Part shown: in pieces, positions 46,411 to 56,324 of the stretch | Layout: every line of letters starts with the position of its first letter | Numbering within the stretch: the first letter of the stretch is position 1 | Source of the DNA: an uncultured Alphaproteobacteria bacterium | GTDB lineage: Bacteria > Pseudomonadota > Alphaproteobacteria > HIMB59 > GCA-002718135 | DNA: 64,000 nucleotides | Assembly (NCBI GenBank): GCA_902515745.1 | Contig: CABXWB010000005.1 | Span: 21,303-85,302 of the forward strand | Reading direction: 5' to 3' | Notes under the pieces: generated by a model | Told to the model about the DNA's origin: nothing | Databases searched by the model: none | What the model saw: only the letters and a program-made list of their open reading frames with translations | Translations under genes and position numbers: made by a program

Positions 46411-47649
46411 ATGTTTAAGGTACTACAAAACACTTGGGCTCTTTTTTTTGGCTTTGCTTTAATTAGTCTTGGTCATGGTTTGCAAGGAACACTAATTGGT
46501 GTTCGTTCTGTTTTAGAAGGTTTTAGTTTTTTTGCATCAGGATTTATAATAGCTGGTTATTACATTGGATACTTAATGGGCGCGTTAACAATTCCAATTT
46601 TTTTACAACGTGTTGGTCATATAAGAGTTTTTGCCGCTTTAGCTTCACTTGCTTCTATTGCCATATTATTACACTCAATATTTGTTCATCCCTATTCATG
46701 GATGTTTATACGAATATTAACTGGTTTAAGTCTTGCTGGGATTTATGTAATCATGGAGAGTTGGTTAAATGAAAAATCAACTAATCAAACTCGCGGTCAA
46801 TTACTTTCGGTTTATATGATTATTACATTTGTGTTTGTTGGAGCAGGTCAATTTTTATTAAATTTAGGTGATCCAGCTAAAGTTGATTTATTTATTTTAG
46901 TCTCAATCTTATTATCATTTGCACTTCTTCCTATTCTTTTATCTTCAACAGAACAACCTAATACAGAAAGTCCTAAATTTTTTTCTTTAAGCGAATTTTA
47001 TGCTTTGTCACCTTTAGGTTTTGTTGGTGCGTTAGCAACTGGTTTATCCCATAGTGCTGTTTTTGGGTACGGTGCAATTTATGCATCATCTATAAATTTA
47101 AGCTTATTTGAAATTTCTCTGTATATGATGATTATAACATCAGCTGGGGCTCTATCGCAGTGGCCTATTGGATATTTGTCAGATAGAATTGATAGACGTG
47201 TTATTCTTATTGGTGTTTCTTTTATGGCTGCTGGTTTGAGTTTATTTTTTGTTTTTGCAAACTTTATGCCACTAACATTATTCTTAATTTTTACTGGTCT
47301 TTTTTCAGTTGCTTGTTTACCAATGTATTCATTAACGATTGCTCATACAAATGACTTTTTACAACCTAATGAGATAGTATCAGCGAGTGCAACCTTTGGC
47401 ATACTTATTGGTATTGGATCAATTATCGGACCTTTGTTTGTTTCTGGATTCATGGAAATTTTGGGAGCGGTAGGTTTTTATATCTATTTATTTTTAATAC
47501 ACGGACTATTAGGATTATTTGGTTTGTATAGGATGACACAAAGAACTAAACCACGTGATCTTGAATCACAATACAATCCTTTACCACGAAATATTAGCCC
47601 TGCCGGTATGGAAATGAACCCCGTTACTGAGACAACTGAGGACGAGTAA
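46411..47649 (+). CDS. MFS transporter
   Basis: 412 aa with about 12 TM segments and an MFS loop motif (SDRIDRRVIL). Confidence 0.8.
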   Translation: MFKVLQNTWALFFGFALISLGHGLQGTLIGVRSVLEGFSFFASGFIIAGYYIGYLMGALTIPIFLQRVGHIRVFAALASLASIAILLHSIFVHPYSWMFIRILTGLSLAGIYVIMESWLNEKSTNQTRGQLLSVYMIITFVFVGAGQFLLNLGDPAKVDLFILVSILLSFALLPILLSSTEQPNTESPKFFSLSEFYALSPLGFVGALATGLSHSAVFGYGAIYASSINLSLFEISLYMMIITSAGALSQWPIGYLSDRIDRRVILIGVSFMAAGLSLFFVFANFMPLTLFLIFTGLFSVACLPMYSLTIAHTNDFLQPNEIVSASATFGILIGIGSIIGPLFVSGFMEILGAVGFYIYLFLIHGLLGLFGLYRMTQRTKPRDLESQYNPLPRNISPAGMEMNPVTETTEDE

Positions 47650-48229
47650 GTCTTTTAAACATTCTGTGAAGTAACAAGAGAATAATTATTCCCATATAAA
47701 TGACTGGTTCGGTTTTATCAGCACGAACTAAAACATAAAAATGCATACTAGCTAGAATGGCTACTGGGTAAATTAAATAATGAATTTTCTTCCATAGTTT
47801 AAAACCTAGTCGTTTAATCATATTGTTTGTTGAAGTGCTAGCAAGTGGAATTAAAAAGAGAAAACTTATAAAACCAAAAGTTATAAATGGTCTTTTTATA
47901 ATATCTTGTATGATAAATTGCATATCTAAAAAATGATCTAAAACTATGTAAGTGGAGAAATGCAAACAGACATAATAGAAAGCGAAAAGTCCAATCATTC
48001 TTCGTAAGACAACTATCGATTTAAAAGGTTTAATATTTGATAGAGTAGTAATCATAAGAGTTATTATTATTAATCTGAGTGCCATTAGACCTAACTCATC
48101 CATTAGTTTTTCAATTGGATTTACTCCAAGATCCCCAATAACAAATTGGTACGCCCAGAGTAGACTAGGAAATAGAATTAAAATAAATAAGACAGGTTTA
48201 CTGCGGTTAAAATTTCTTGTTGAAAACAT
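47624..48229 (-). CDS. msrQ: Protein-methionine-sulfoxide reductase heme-binding subunit MsrQ (YedZ)
   Basis: 201 aa. It is a ferric-reductase-like TM protein immediately downstream of msrP. Confidence 0.82.
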   Translation of the reverse strand: MFSTRNFNRSKPVLFILILFPSLLWAYQFVIGDLGVNPIEKLMDELGLMALRLIIITLMITTLSNIKPFKSIVVLRRMIGLFAFYYVCLHFSTYIVLDHFLDMQFIIQDIIKRPFITFGFISFLFLIPLASTSTNNMIKRLGFKLWKKIHYLIYPVAILASMHFYVLVRADKTEPVIYMGIIILLLLHRMFKRLTRPQLSQ

Positions 48230-48232
48230 TCA

Positions 48233-49150
48233 TTAATAAAATTTAGTCAAATCTAAATTTTTATAGAGATGGGCTACTTCTTCTTCATAGCCATTAAACA
48301 TAAGTGTTTCTCTTCTTTTAAACTCTCCAATTCGTCTCTCTGTTCCTTGACTCCATCTTGGATGATTAACATTAGGATTAACATTAGCATAAAAACCATA
48401 TTCCCAAGGAGCTAAAGTTTCCCAAGATGTTTCAGGTTGAGTATCTAAAAATCTAATTTCCACAATTGATTTAATTGATTTGAAACCATACTTCCATGGA
48501 ACAACTAATCTAATGGGTGCACCATTTTGATTAGGCATTTCATGACCATACAATCCAGTTGCTAATATTGTTAAAGGATTCATTGCTTCATCAATTCGAA
48601 GCCCTTCTCTATATGGCCAAATAATTGTTCTTTTTTGCTGTCCTGGCATTTCTTCGGGCCTGAAGACAGTTACAAATTGAACATATTTTGCTGAACTTAA
48701 AGGTTCAGCCATTCTTATAAGTTCAGATAATTGAAAGCCTTGCCAAGGAATAACCATGGACCATGCCTCAACACATCTTAATCGATACACTCTATCTTCT
48801 ATTGTTACGTTTGATAAAATTTTTTCTAAGTCAAATGTTTGAGGCTTTTTCACAAGACCATCTATTTTTATTGTCCATGGCCTAGGCTTAAAATTTCCAG
48901 AGTTTAAATGAGGATGTTTTTTGTGAGTACCAAATTCATAGAAGTTATTATAAGTAGTGATTTCTTCGTAAGAATTAAGTTTATCGTTTTCATTTAAATT
49001 TTTACTATAAATTGAAGGATCGCTTTCATGATTTGCAAGTGCTGATGATGTAACAGTAGCTAGCATAGCACTAGCCAAAGATCCCTTTATAAACTTTCGT
49101 CTATTTAAATATGTCTTATAGGGTGTAATTTCAGATCCTAAAATTTTCAT
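48233..49150 (-). CDS. msrP: Periplasmic protein-methionine-sulfoxide reductase molybdopterin subunit MsrP (YedY)
   Basis: 305 aa. It has a Tat-like signal (RRKFIKGS) and an oxidoreductase molybdopterin-binding domain (YRLRCVEAWSMVIPW). Confidence 0.88.
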   Translation of the reverse strand: MKILGSEITPYKTYLNRRKFIKGSLASAMLATVTSSALANHESDPSIYSKNLNENDKLNSYEEITTYNNFYEFGTHKKHPHLNSGNFKPRPWTIKIDGLVKKPQTFDLEKILSNVTIEDRVYRLRCVEAWSMVIPWQGFQLSELIRMAEPLSSAKYVQFVTVFRPEEMPGQQKRTIIWPYREGLRIDEAMNPLTILATGLYGHEMPNQNGAPIRLVVPWKYGFKSIKSIVEIRFLDTQPETSWETLAPWEYGFYANVNPNVNHPRWSQGTERRIGEFKRRETLMFNGYEEEVAHLYKNLDLTKFY

Positions 49151-49178
49151 ACTAATAATATATATCTTAAATATTAAA

Positions 49179-49197
49179 ATTGAAGTTTTGCTTCAAT
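49179..49197 (-). terminator. Hairpin after the cytochrome c gene
   Basis: The minus strand reads ATTGAAG-CAAAA-CTTCAAT followed by TTTTAATATTT. Confidence 0.45.
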
Positions 49198-49201
49198 AAT
49201 T

Positions 49202-49609
49202 CTAACTCTTAAAATGGGAATTATATTTTTTTAGTAATTTTTCTGGCCATGTACTTTTAATAAATTCGATAATAGACCAAACATCATCATCTGATAACGT
49301 TTCATTACCAAGCATTTTTCCTTCATAATCAGGAATTATTTTTTTAAAACCATATTTAGTGACCTGAAATAAATATTTAGGGGAGTGATGCCAGGTATGG
49401 CCTGTGCCATTAAGTGGCGGCGCTCTTCGATGACCGTCTTCATCTAAAGATTTATTCCACTCTTCATGACCGGCTAAATTACCCATATGACAGCCAGCAC
49501 AATTTTCGGCATATAATTTCATCCCTTTAAAAATATCAATTTCTGCCGCATGAATACTTGGCCCAATACATAATATTGTAATTAGGGAAATTATTTTAAG
49601 ACATTGCAT
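49202..49609 (-). CDS. Periplasmic class I c-type cytochrome
   Basis: 135 aa with a signal peptide and a single CAGCH heme-binding motif. Confidence 0.8.
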   Translation of the reverse strand: MQCLKIISLITILCIGPSIHAAEIDIFKGMKLYAENCAGCHMGNLAGHEEWNKSLDEDGHRRAPPLNGTGHTWHHSPKYLFQVTKYGFKKIIPDYEGKMLGNETLSDDDVWSIIEFIKSTWPEKLLKKYNSHFKS

Positions 49610-49677
49610 TCTATTTATATAATTTTTTAGATTTATATTTCATTACAAATCTCTCTTTTTTTTGATAGGATGAATTA

Positions 49678-51468
49678 ATGAAAAAAACTCTCATTATTTT
49701 TCTCCTTTTAGCATCAATAATTTCATTTAATAATCATGCATACAGTGAAAAGGTTCACGGTATTGCTATGCACGGAATACCAAAGTATGCCAGTGATTTT
49801 GAAAATCTAGATTATGTAAACCCAAACGCACCTAAGGGTGGTACTGTGAAATTTGGATCATATGGATCTTTTGATAATCTTAATAGGGTGGCTTTTAAAG
49901 GCTCTAAAGCTGCTGGCCTTGGGTACGTCAATGATACATTAATGAGAAGAGTTTGGGATGAAGCATTCTCTCTCTATGGATTGATAGCTGAGAAGGTTGA
50001 ATTACCTGAAGACAGATCATCTATAACTTTTTATTTAAATGCAAATGCAACCTTTCATGATGGTTCACCAATAACACGTGATGATGTATTATTTAGTTTA
50101 GAAACGTTTCAAACAAAAGGCACTCCAAATCAGAAAAAAACTTATGGCAAAGTTGTTGAAACTGAATTGATTGGAAATGACGGAATAAAAATGATTTTTG
50201 AAAATAATGAAGATAAAGAATTGCCCCTTATTATTGCAGGCTTTCTTCCTATCATTCCAAAAAAGTTTTATGAAAATCTAGATGTTACAAAAACATTTTT
50301 AGATATCCCTCTAGGCAGTGGGCCATACCAGGTTGATAGTCTCGATCCTGGGCGTCAAATAAAATACAAACGTGTTGAAAATTACTGGGCAAAAGATTTA
50401 CCAGTAAATAAAGGTCTCTATAACTTTGATACAATTATTTATGATTATTACAAAGACTCAAATGTCTTAGTTGAAGCTTTTAAGGTTGGTGAATACGACT
50501 TTAGAAGAGAGTACAACGTTAAACGTTGGTTATCGGAATATGATTTTAAAGCTGTCCAGAATGGCAAAGTAATACTTACAGAAATGAATAACGATAGACC
50601 TGTTGGAATGAATGGTCTTGTGATGAATACTAGACGAGACATATTTAACAATAGAAACGTGCGCCTAGCACTCAGTTATGCTTATGATCATGAGTGGATT
50701 AATAAAACAATTTATCAAAATGCCTATGTAAGAACGGATAGTTATTTTGATAATTCTCCATTAGCTTCTTCAGGCTTACCATCAAAAAATGAGTTAGAAT
50801 TATTAAATGTATGGAAAGATGAAATTCCAGCAGAAGTATTTACGGAAACATTTACCCCACCTCTTACAGATGGAAGTGGAAATGATCGTAAAAATTTATT
50901 GAAAGCAAAAGAGATACTCGAAAAAGAGGGGTGGAATGTTGAAAATGGAAAGTTGTTCAAAGATGGGCAAGAATTTAAATTTGAATTTTTAATTGTCAGT
51001 CCTTCAGATGAAAAAATAGCTTTAGCCTATCAAAGTAACTTAAAAAAACTTGGTATTACTATGGAGGTAAGAACAGTTGATTCCTCACAGTATCAAGAAC
51101 GTCTTTTAAGTTATGATTTTGATATGATTAAAAGATACTGGGGAGTCAGTTTAAGTCCAGGAAATGAGCAACAATTTTATTGGGGGTCAGAAGTTGGTCA
51201 AAAAGATGGGAGCAGAAATTATCCTGGTATTAATAGTCCAGCAGTTGATGCATTAATTGAAAAGCTAATAAATGCCTCAAATAGACAAGAACTAACTACT
51301 GCAATTCACGCTCTTGATAGAGTTTTATTATGGGGTCACTATGTTGTTCCACTCTATCATAGTAACAAAGATCGAATTGCTTATTGGGATTTTTTTGAGT
51401 ATCCCGATGAAATTCCACTTTATGGGATAGTAATTGAATCTTGGTGGATTAATAAAGATAAACAATAA
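49678..51468 (+). CDS. ABC transporter substrate-binding protein, family 5 (YejA/oligopeptide-like); no cognate permease or ATPase nearby
   Basis: 596 aa with a signal peptide. It shows full-length SBP_bac_5-type features. Confidence 0.8.
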   Translation: MKKTLIIFLLLASIISFNNHAYSEKVHGIAMHGIPKYASDFENLDYVNPNAPKGGTVKFGSYGSFDNLNRVAFKGSKAAGLGYVNDTLMRRVWDEAFSLYGLIAEKVELPEDRSSITFYLNANATFHDGSPITRDDVLFSLETFQTKGTPNQKKTYGKVVETELIGNDGIKMIFENNEDKELPLIIAGFLPIIPKKFYENLDVTKTFLDIPLGSGPYQVDSLDPGRQIKYKRVENYWAKDLPVNKGLYNFDTIIYDYYKDSNVLVEAFKVGEYDFRREYNVKRWLSEYDFKAVQNGKVILTEMNNDRPVGMNGLVMNTRRDIFNNRNVRLALSYAYDHEWINKTIYQNAYVRTDSYFDNSPLASSGLPSKNELELLNVWKDEIPAEVFTETFTPPLTDGSGNDRKNLLKAKEILEKEGWNVENGKLFKDGQEFKFEFLIVSPSDEKIALAYQSNLKKLGITMEVRTVDSSQYQERLLSYDFDMIKRYWGVSLSPGNEQQFYWGSEVGQKDGSRNYPGINSPAVDALIEKLINASNRQELTTAIHALDRVLLWGHYVVPLYHSNKDRIAYWDFFEYPDEIPLYGIVIESWWINKDKQ

Positions 51469-51485
51469 ATTTACATACATTTTCT

Positions 51486-52370
51486 ATGAGTCATACAAGA
51501 GCAAATATAATGATGCTTATTGCATCACTTATATGGGGAACAGCATTTGTTAGTCAGACGACTGGAATGGGTGCAATTGGACCTTTTACTTTTAGTTTTG
51601 GAAGATTTTTCTTTGCTTTTTTAACTGTGATCCCCTTTGCTATTTACCTGGAAAAAAAAAATGTTTCAAAAATTTTGCAAGATAGAAAAAAAATTTATCT
51701 GTGTATTGCAACGGGAATTTTTCTTTTTGGCGGTATGGGCCTACAACAATATGCTCTTCAAAAATCGTTAATATCAAATGCAGCTTTTCTAAGTACTCTG
51801 TATGTTCCATTTGTTGGAATCATTTCAAGATTTATAATTAAAAAACAAGTTCACTGGATTATATGGGTTGCAATACTACTGTGTTTGTATGGGTCTTACC
51901 TCTTATCTTCAAATCAATCAGTTGACATACAACAATCTGATAGTCTTTTATTTATAGCGGCCTTGTTTTTTGCTTTGCATATTATTTGTATTGATATTTT
52001 TATGAAGGATCTAAACAGTCCTTTTTTATTTGGTAGCATTCAATACTTTATAGTTTTTATATTATCTATGATTCTAGCTTTCTGGTGGGAGGAACCCAAA
52101 CTATCAAATATGCAAATTGAATGGTTTGAAATTTTGTATACAGGAATTTTCTCTGCAGGAATTGGTTATACATTACAAATAATTGCTCAACAAAAAGCTA
52201 ATCCTGCGCCAGCTGCAATTATATTATCAATGGAATCTGTATTTGCAGCAATTGCAGGATGGATACTTTTAAATCAAATCTTAGACACACAAAAAATACT
52301 GGGATGCCTTGCAATATTTATTGGAGTGATTATAGTACAACTTGTACCAATAATAATTAAACAAAAATGA
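51486..52370 (+). CDS. EamA/DMT-family transporter
   Basis: 294 aa with 10 TM segments and two EamA repeats. Confidence 0.78.
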   Translation: MSHTRANIMMLIASLIWGTAFVSQTTGMGAIGPFTFSFGRFFFAFLTVIPFAIYLEKKNVSKILQDRKKIYLCIATGIFLFGGMGLQQYALQKSLISNAAFLSTLYVPFVGIISRFIIKKQVHWIIWVAILLCLYGSYLLSSNQSVDIQQSDSLLFIAALFFALHIICIDIFMKDLNSPFLFGSIQYFIVFILSMILAFWWEEPKLSNMQIEWFEILYTGIFSAGIGYTLQIIAQQKANPAPAAIILSMESVFAAIAGWILLNQILDTQKILGCLAIFIGVIIVQLVPIIIKQK

Positions 52371-53341
52371 GTGAAAAATTAGACGTAGTAGGAATTGGAA
52401 ACGCAATGGTTGATGCGATTATTCCATCCAATCAAAGCGAAATTGAAAAACATGAAATAAATAGAGATTCTATGAATCTTATTGATGAAGGTTTGAAAAA
52501 TAATTTACATGATAGTTATTCAATCAGAGAAATGGCAGGTGGCGGATCACTTGGTAATTCTATGTTTGGCATTACATCATTCGGTGGCAATGGAAGCTTT
52601 ATTGGAAAAATAAAAAATGATGAAATTGGTATTTATCTTCAAAAAGATATGGTTCGTGAAGGATTAAAATTTCCTTTAGGTTTTACATCACCTGATATTT
52701 CAACAGGATGTTGTACAATATTTGTAGAAGAAGATGGAACAAGAACAATGTGTACCTTTTTGGGTGCGGGAACATTGATTGGCCCTGAAGATATCAAAGA
52801 GGATGATATTAAAAATCATAAGATTGCTTATTTAGAAGGATATTTGTGGGATAATGAAAATGCAAAAAAAGCTATGAAAAAAATGGTGGATATTTGTAAA
52901 GCCGATAATCAAAAAATTGCTTTTACTCTTTCAGATCTTTTTTGTGTTGATAGACACCGTGACTCTTTTAAAGAATTAATAACAGAGAATGTTGATATTT
53001 TATTTGCCAATGAAGATGAAATCAAAGCTATGGCAGAAACAGATAGTTTTGATGAAGGTTTAGAATATGCAAAATCATTAAATATTGTTGCAGCTATTAC
53101 TAAAGGAAGTAGTGGATCAGTAATTGTATCGGGAGGTGAAGTAACTGAAGTTTCGGCAAAAAAAGTAGAAAAGGTTATTGATACTACTGGTGCAGGAGAT
53201 TTATTTGCAGCTGGCTTTTTGTTTGGTTATTCAAAAGATAAGAGCATGGAAGAATGTGGAAACTATGCATCGATTGCTGCAGCAGAAATTATTTCGCACT
53301 ACGGAGCAAGACCTTTAGTAAAACTATCTAGCTTAATTTAG
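52367..53341 (+). CDS. PfkB-family kinase (adenosine kinase-like)
   Basis: 324 aa. It has a GG dipeptide region and the C-terminal DTTGAGDLFAAGFLFG motif. Confidence 0.82.
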   Translation: MSEKLDVVGIGNAMVDAIIPSNQSEIEKHEINRDSMNLIDEGLKNNLHDSYSIREMAGGGSLGNSMFGITSFGGNGSFIGKIKNDEIGIYLQKDMVREGLKFPLGFTSPDISTGCCTIFVEEDGTRTMCTFLGAGTLIGPEDIKEDDIKNHKIAYLEGYLWDNENAKKAMKKMVDICKADNQKIAFTLSDLFCVDRHRDSFKELITENVDILFANEDEIKAMAETDSFDEGLEYAKSLNIVAAITKGSSGSVIVSGGEVTEVSAKKVEKVIDTTGAGDLFAAGFLFGYSKDKSMEECGNYASIAAAEIISHYGARPLVKLSSLI

Positions 53342-54308
53342 ATAATAATTTATTTTTATTTTCATCATCACAAAAAGAATACTTAATGGCATTATGAGTT
53401 AGTGACGTAAGTTCTTTTTCATTCAAACCTAATTCTTCCATAACTTTGTATTCACCTTGAATAGTGGCATTGAAAAAAGGAGGGTCATCTGAATTAACTG
53501 TAACTTTAACACCTTGATCAAATAACGATTTAACTGGATGACTTTCATAATCTTCATAAATTTTTGTTGCGATATTACTTGTTGGACAAGTTTCAAGAAT
53601 GATATCTTTTTCAATAATCTCTTTTACAAGATCAGGATCCTCAATTGATCTTACACCGTGACCTAATCTAGTCGGGTGTAATAAATTGATAGCATTACGA
53701 ATATTTTCTGGACCATCCCACTCACCAGCATGAACAGAAATGGGAAAATTCATCTCTTTCAGCATATCAAATGTTTTTACAAATAGATTTGGAGGAAAAT
53801 GTAACTCATCACCAGCTAAACCAAAACCAACTAAACATGGATGAGGGTTATCAAGGACTTCTTTAGCTGTATTTTGAACAGACTCTGGTCCAAGATGTCT
53901 AATTCCATTCATTATATATCGAGACACAATACCAAAATCCTCTTCAGCTTTTTTAGAAGCTTCGTATACTCCTTCAATAAATGAATGATATGTCATTCCC
54001 TTTGCTTTGGCATGAGTTGATGAAATCATCGCTTCAACATAGAGGACATTGTTGGCGGCGCATTCTTTTAAATACTCATACGTTAATTCAAAATAGTCTT
54101 CTGGTGTGTAAATAACAGAAGTGACAATGTCGTACTTTTTTATAAAATCATAAAAATCATCCCATTGGTATGCATATTTTGATCCAAACATTTCTTCTGG
54201 TATTTCATGATTGTTACGCATAGCAAATTTTTTACAAAGATCTGGTGTAATGGTAGCTTCAAGATGAACATGAATTTCTGCTTTTTTAACTGTATTAAAA
54301 ATTTTCAT
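53328..54308 (-). CDS. add: Adenosine/adenine deaminase family protein
   Basis: It has HVHLE metal motifs, SVHAGE and NSDDP. I moved the start to MKIFNTVKK (Met16 of the track ORF). Confidence 0.85.
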   Translation of the reverse strand: MKIFNTVKKAEIHVHLEATITPDLCKKFAMRNNHEIPEEMFGSKYAYQWDDFYDFIKKYDIVTSVIYTPEDYFELTYEYLKECAANNVLYVEAMISSTHAKAKGMTYHSFIEGVYEASKKAEEDFGIVSRYIMNGIRHLGPESVQNTAKEVLDNPHPCLVGFGLAGDELHFPPNLFVKTFDMLKEMNFPISVHAGEWDGPENIRNAINLLHPTRLGHGVRSIEDPDLVKEIIEKDIILETCPTSNIATKIYEDYESHPVKSLFDQGVKVTVNSDDPPFFNATIQGEYKVMEELGLNEKELTSLTHNAIKYSFCDDENKNKLLSKLS

Positions 54309-54337
54309 ATAATTGAAATTATGTATATAATAAATTA

Positions 54338-55255
54338 GTGGAAACAAAAACAAATAGAAGAAATTTTATTGTTGGAGCAAGTTGCTCTTTATGTGGTTCT
54401 GTGATTTTACCATCTTGTTCAACAGTTCCTCTAACTAATAGAAAACAATTAAATGCATTTGATAGTAACGCCCCCATAATTATTTTAGGTGGCGGAACCC
54501 TTGGCCTGCCAGAGATATATGGTAATGAAGATTCATTAAATAAAGATACAGAGAGACAGTACGAAAGGTTTTTATCTAGGGCAAAGGCACAGAATATTCT
54601 TTTGGACAATACTGATGAATCTAGAAAAATTGAAGAAATAGGTAAAGAAATTTATACATCTCTAGACACATATTACCTTAATAAACGTGAAGAAAATCCA
54701 GTGGGTACTTTTAATTGGAAATTTGCTTTAGTTGAATCTGAAACTGTAAATGCGTGGTGTATGCCAGGAGGAAAGATTGCTTTTTATACTGGAATTCTTC
54801 CAGTATGTGAAAATGATGATGGTATAGCTGCTGTTATGGGTCATGAAATTGCACACGCATTTGCAAGACACACTGTTGAAAAACTAACTCAATATTCAAT
54901 GATGCAAATGGCCGCAATAGGTTTGTCAAACACAAAAACAGGAACTAAATTACTTAATCAAACTTATAAAAATCTTAAGGGTCAACGTGCAAGTGTATTT
55001 GGTGATTTAATTAAATTCGGTATTTTTCTTCCATATAGTAGAAAAATGGAAAGTGAAGCAGATTATTTAGGTATGGGTTTTATGAATCTTGCAGGTTTTA
55101 ATATTAAAGAGTGCTCAAAATTATGGGAAAGAATGGGTAAAAAAAACTTTAATATATTACCAGAATTTATGAAATCTCATCCAACACCAGATAATAGATC
55201 TAAAAAGTTTCTTGAATGGGAAAGTGAAATTGTAGATAAATTTACTCGTGTTTAA
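54338..55255 (+). CDS. M48-family zinc metallopeptidase lipoprotein (GTG start)
   Basis: 305 aa. It has RRNF plus the lipobox-like LPSC, the zinc motif HEIAHAFARH, and ESEADYLG. Confidence 0.82.
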   Translation: METKTNRRNFIVGASCSLCGSVILPSCSTVPLTNRKQLNAFDSNAPIIILGGGTLGLPEIYGNEDSLNKDTERQYERFLSRAKAQNILLDNTDESRKIEEIGKEIYTSLDTYYLNKREENPVGTFNWKFALVESETVNAWCMPGGKIAFYTGILPVCENDDGIAAVMGHEIAHAFARHTVEKLTQYSMMQMAAIGLSNTKTGTKLLNQTYKNLKGQRASVFGDLIKFGIFLPYSRKMESEADYLGMGFMNLAGFNIKECSKLWERMGKKNFNILPEFMKSHPTPDNRSKKFLEWESEIVDKFTRV

Positions 55256-55277
55256 TTTTTAGTGTATTAGGAAAGTT

Positions 55278-56324
55278 ATGTTAGCTGTTGAAGTTAAAAA
55301 TCTGACTCATGAGATTAATAATAAAAAAATCTTAAATAATATTGAGTTCAATCTAACCAAGGATAGCATTTCTTGTATTCTTGGTCCTTCAGGAAGTGGA
55401 AAAACAACATTATTAAAACTTATTGCAGGTTTAGAAAAAGTACAATCTGGTGAAATCTTAATAAATGGCGAAGAGGTGAGTAGTACAAAAAAACATTTGC
55501 CAACTGAAAAGAGAAAAATTGGATTTTTATTTCAAGACTATGCTTTGTTTCCACATTTAACAGTCAAGCAAAACTTAGAGTATCCCATAAATTATAAAAA
55601 TTCAAATTATAGAATTGAGGATATTATTGATTTAATAAAACTTCCAAACTCTCTAAATAAATTTCCCCATGAGTTAAGTGGTGGCGAACAACAAAGAGTA
55701 GCATTAGCAAGATCAATTATTTCTCAACCTGATTTACTTTTATTAGATGAGCCATTTTCGAGTCTTGATTTGAATTTAAGAGAAGAGGTCAGGGATGATA
55801 CTTTGCATTTATTACAAAAATCTAACATATCAGTGATTATTGTTACTCATGATCCATTTGAAGCTATGTTCATTTCTAATCAAATAAATATTATGGATAC
55901 CTCAGGATATATTATTCAATCTGGTAGCCCGGCAGAATTATATAAAAATCCTAAAAATTCGTATGTGACTGAATTTTTTGGCGAAACAAATAGGTTTCAT
56001 GGAAAAGTTAATAACTCTTTTGTAGATACGCCAGTAGGAAAAATTAAAGCTCCAAATGAACTTGAAAATACAAATGTAGAAATACATGTAAGACCACAAG
56101 GAGTAAAATTAAAACAACAACCAACACCTGTTAATGGAATAAAAGGTACTGTTATGGCCTCAAAATTAATGGGGTCTTTTAGTTTTGTGCATCTTTCAGT
56201 GCTTGATGACAATAATGAGGTTATTCATGTTCATAGTCACATGCCGCCAGAATTTAATCCTCAACAATCATCTGCTGTCGAAATTGAGATAGATCAATCT
56301 CAAGCTTTTATTTTTAAAAATTAG
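55278..56324 (+). CDS. fbpC: Fe(3+) ABC transporter ATP-binding protein
   Basis: 348 aa. It has Walker A GPSGSGKTT and the LSGGEQQRVALAR signature. It is convergent with fbpB. Confidence 0.8.
   Translation: MLAVEVKNLTHEINNKKILNNIEFNLTKDSISCILGPSGSGKTTLLKLIAGLEKVQSGEILINGEEVSSTKKHLPTEKRKIGFLFQDYALFPHLTVKQNLEYPINYKNSNYRIEDIIDLIKLPNSLNKFPHELSGGEQQRVALARSIISQPDLLLLDEPFSSLDLNLREEVRDDTLHLLQKSNISVIIVTHDPFEAMFISNQINIMDTSGYIIQSGSPAELYKNPKNSYVTEFFGETNRFHGKVNNSFVDTPVGKIKAPNELENTNVEIHVRPQGVKLKQQPTPVNGIKGTVMASKLMGSFSFVHLSVLDDNNEVIHVHSHMPPEFNPQQSSAVEIEIDQSQAFIFKN

Noticed and set aside
54309-54353. The track gives add a 15-codon N-terminal extension (MFLFPLIYYIHNFNY).
   Set aside because: The deaminase family starts close to the first metal-binding HxH motif. 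MKIFNTVKKAEIHVHLE is a typical N-terminus, and the extension would run into the divergent M48 gene.
54319-54609. A 96-aa minus-strand ORF spans the add/M48 junction.
   Set aside because: It overlaps the N-terminus of the M48 lipoprotein gene on the opposite strand. It has no motif or SD, and it would require add to be preceded by an overlapping gene.
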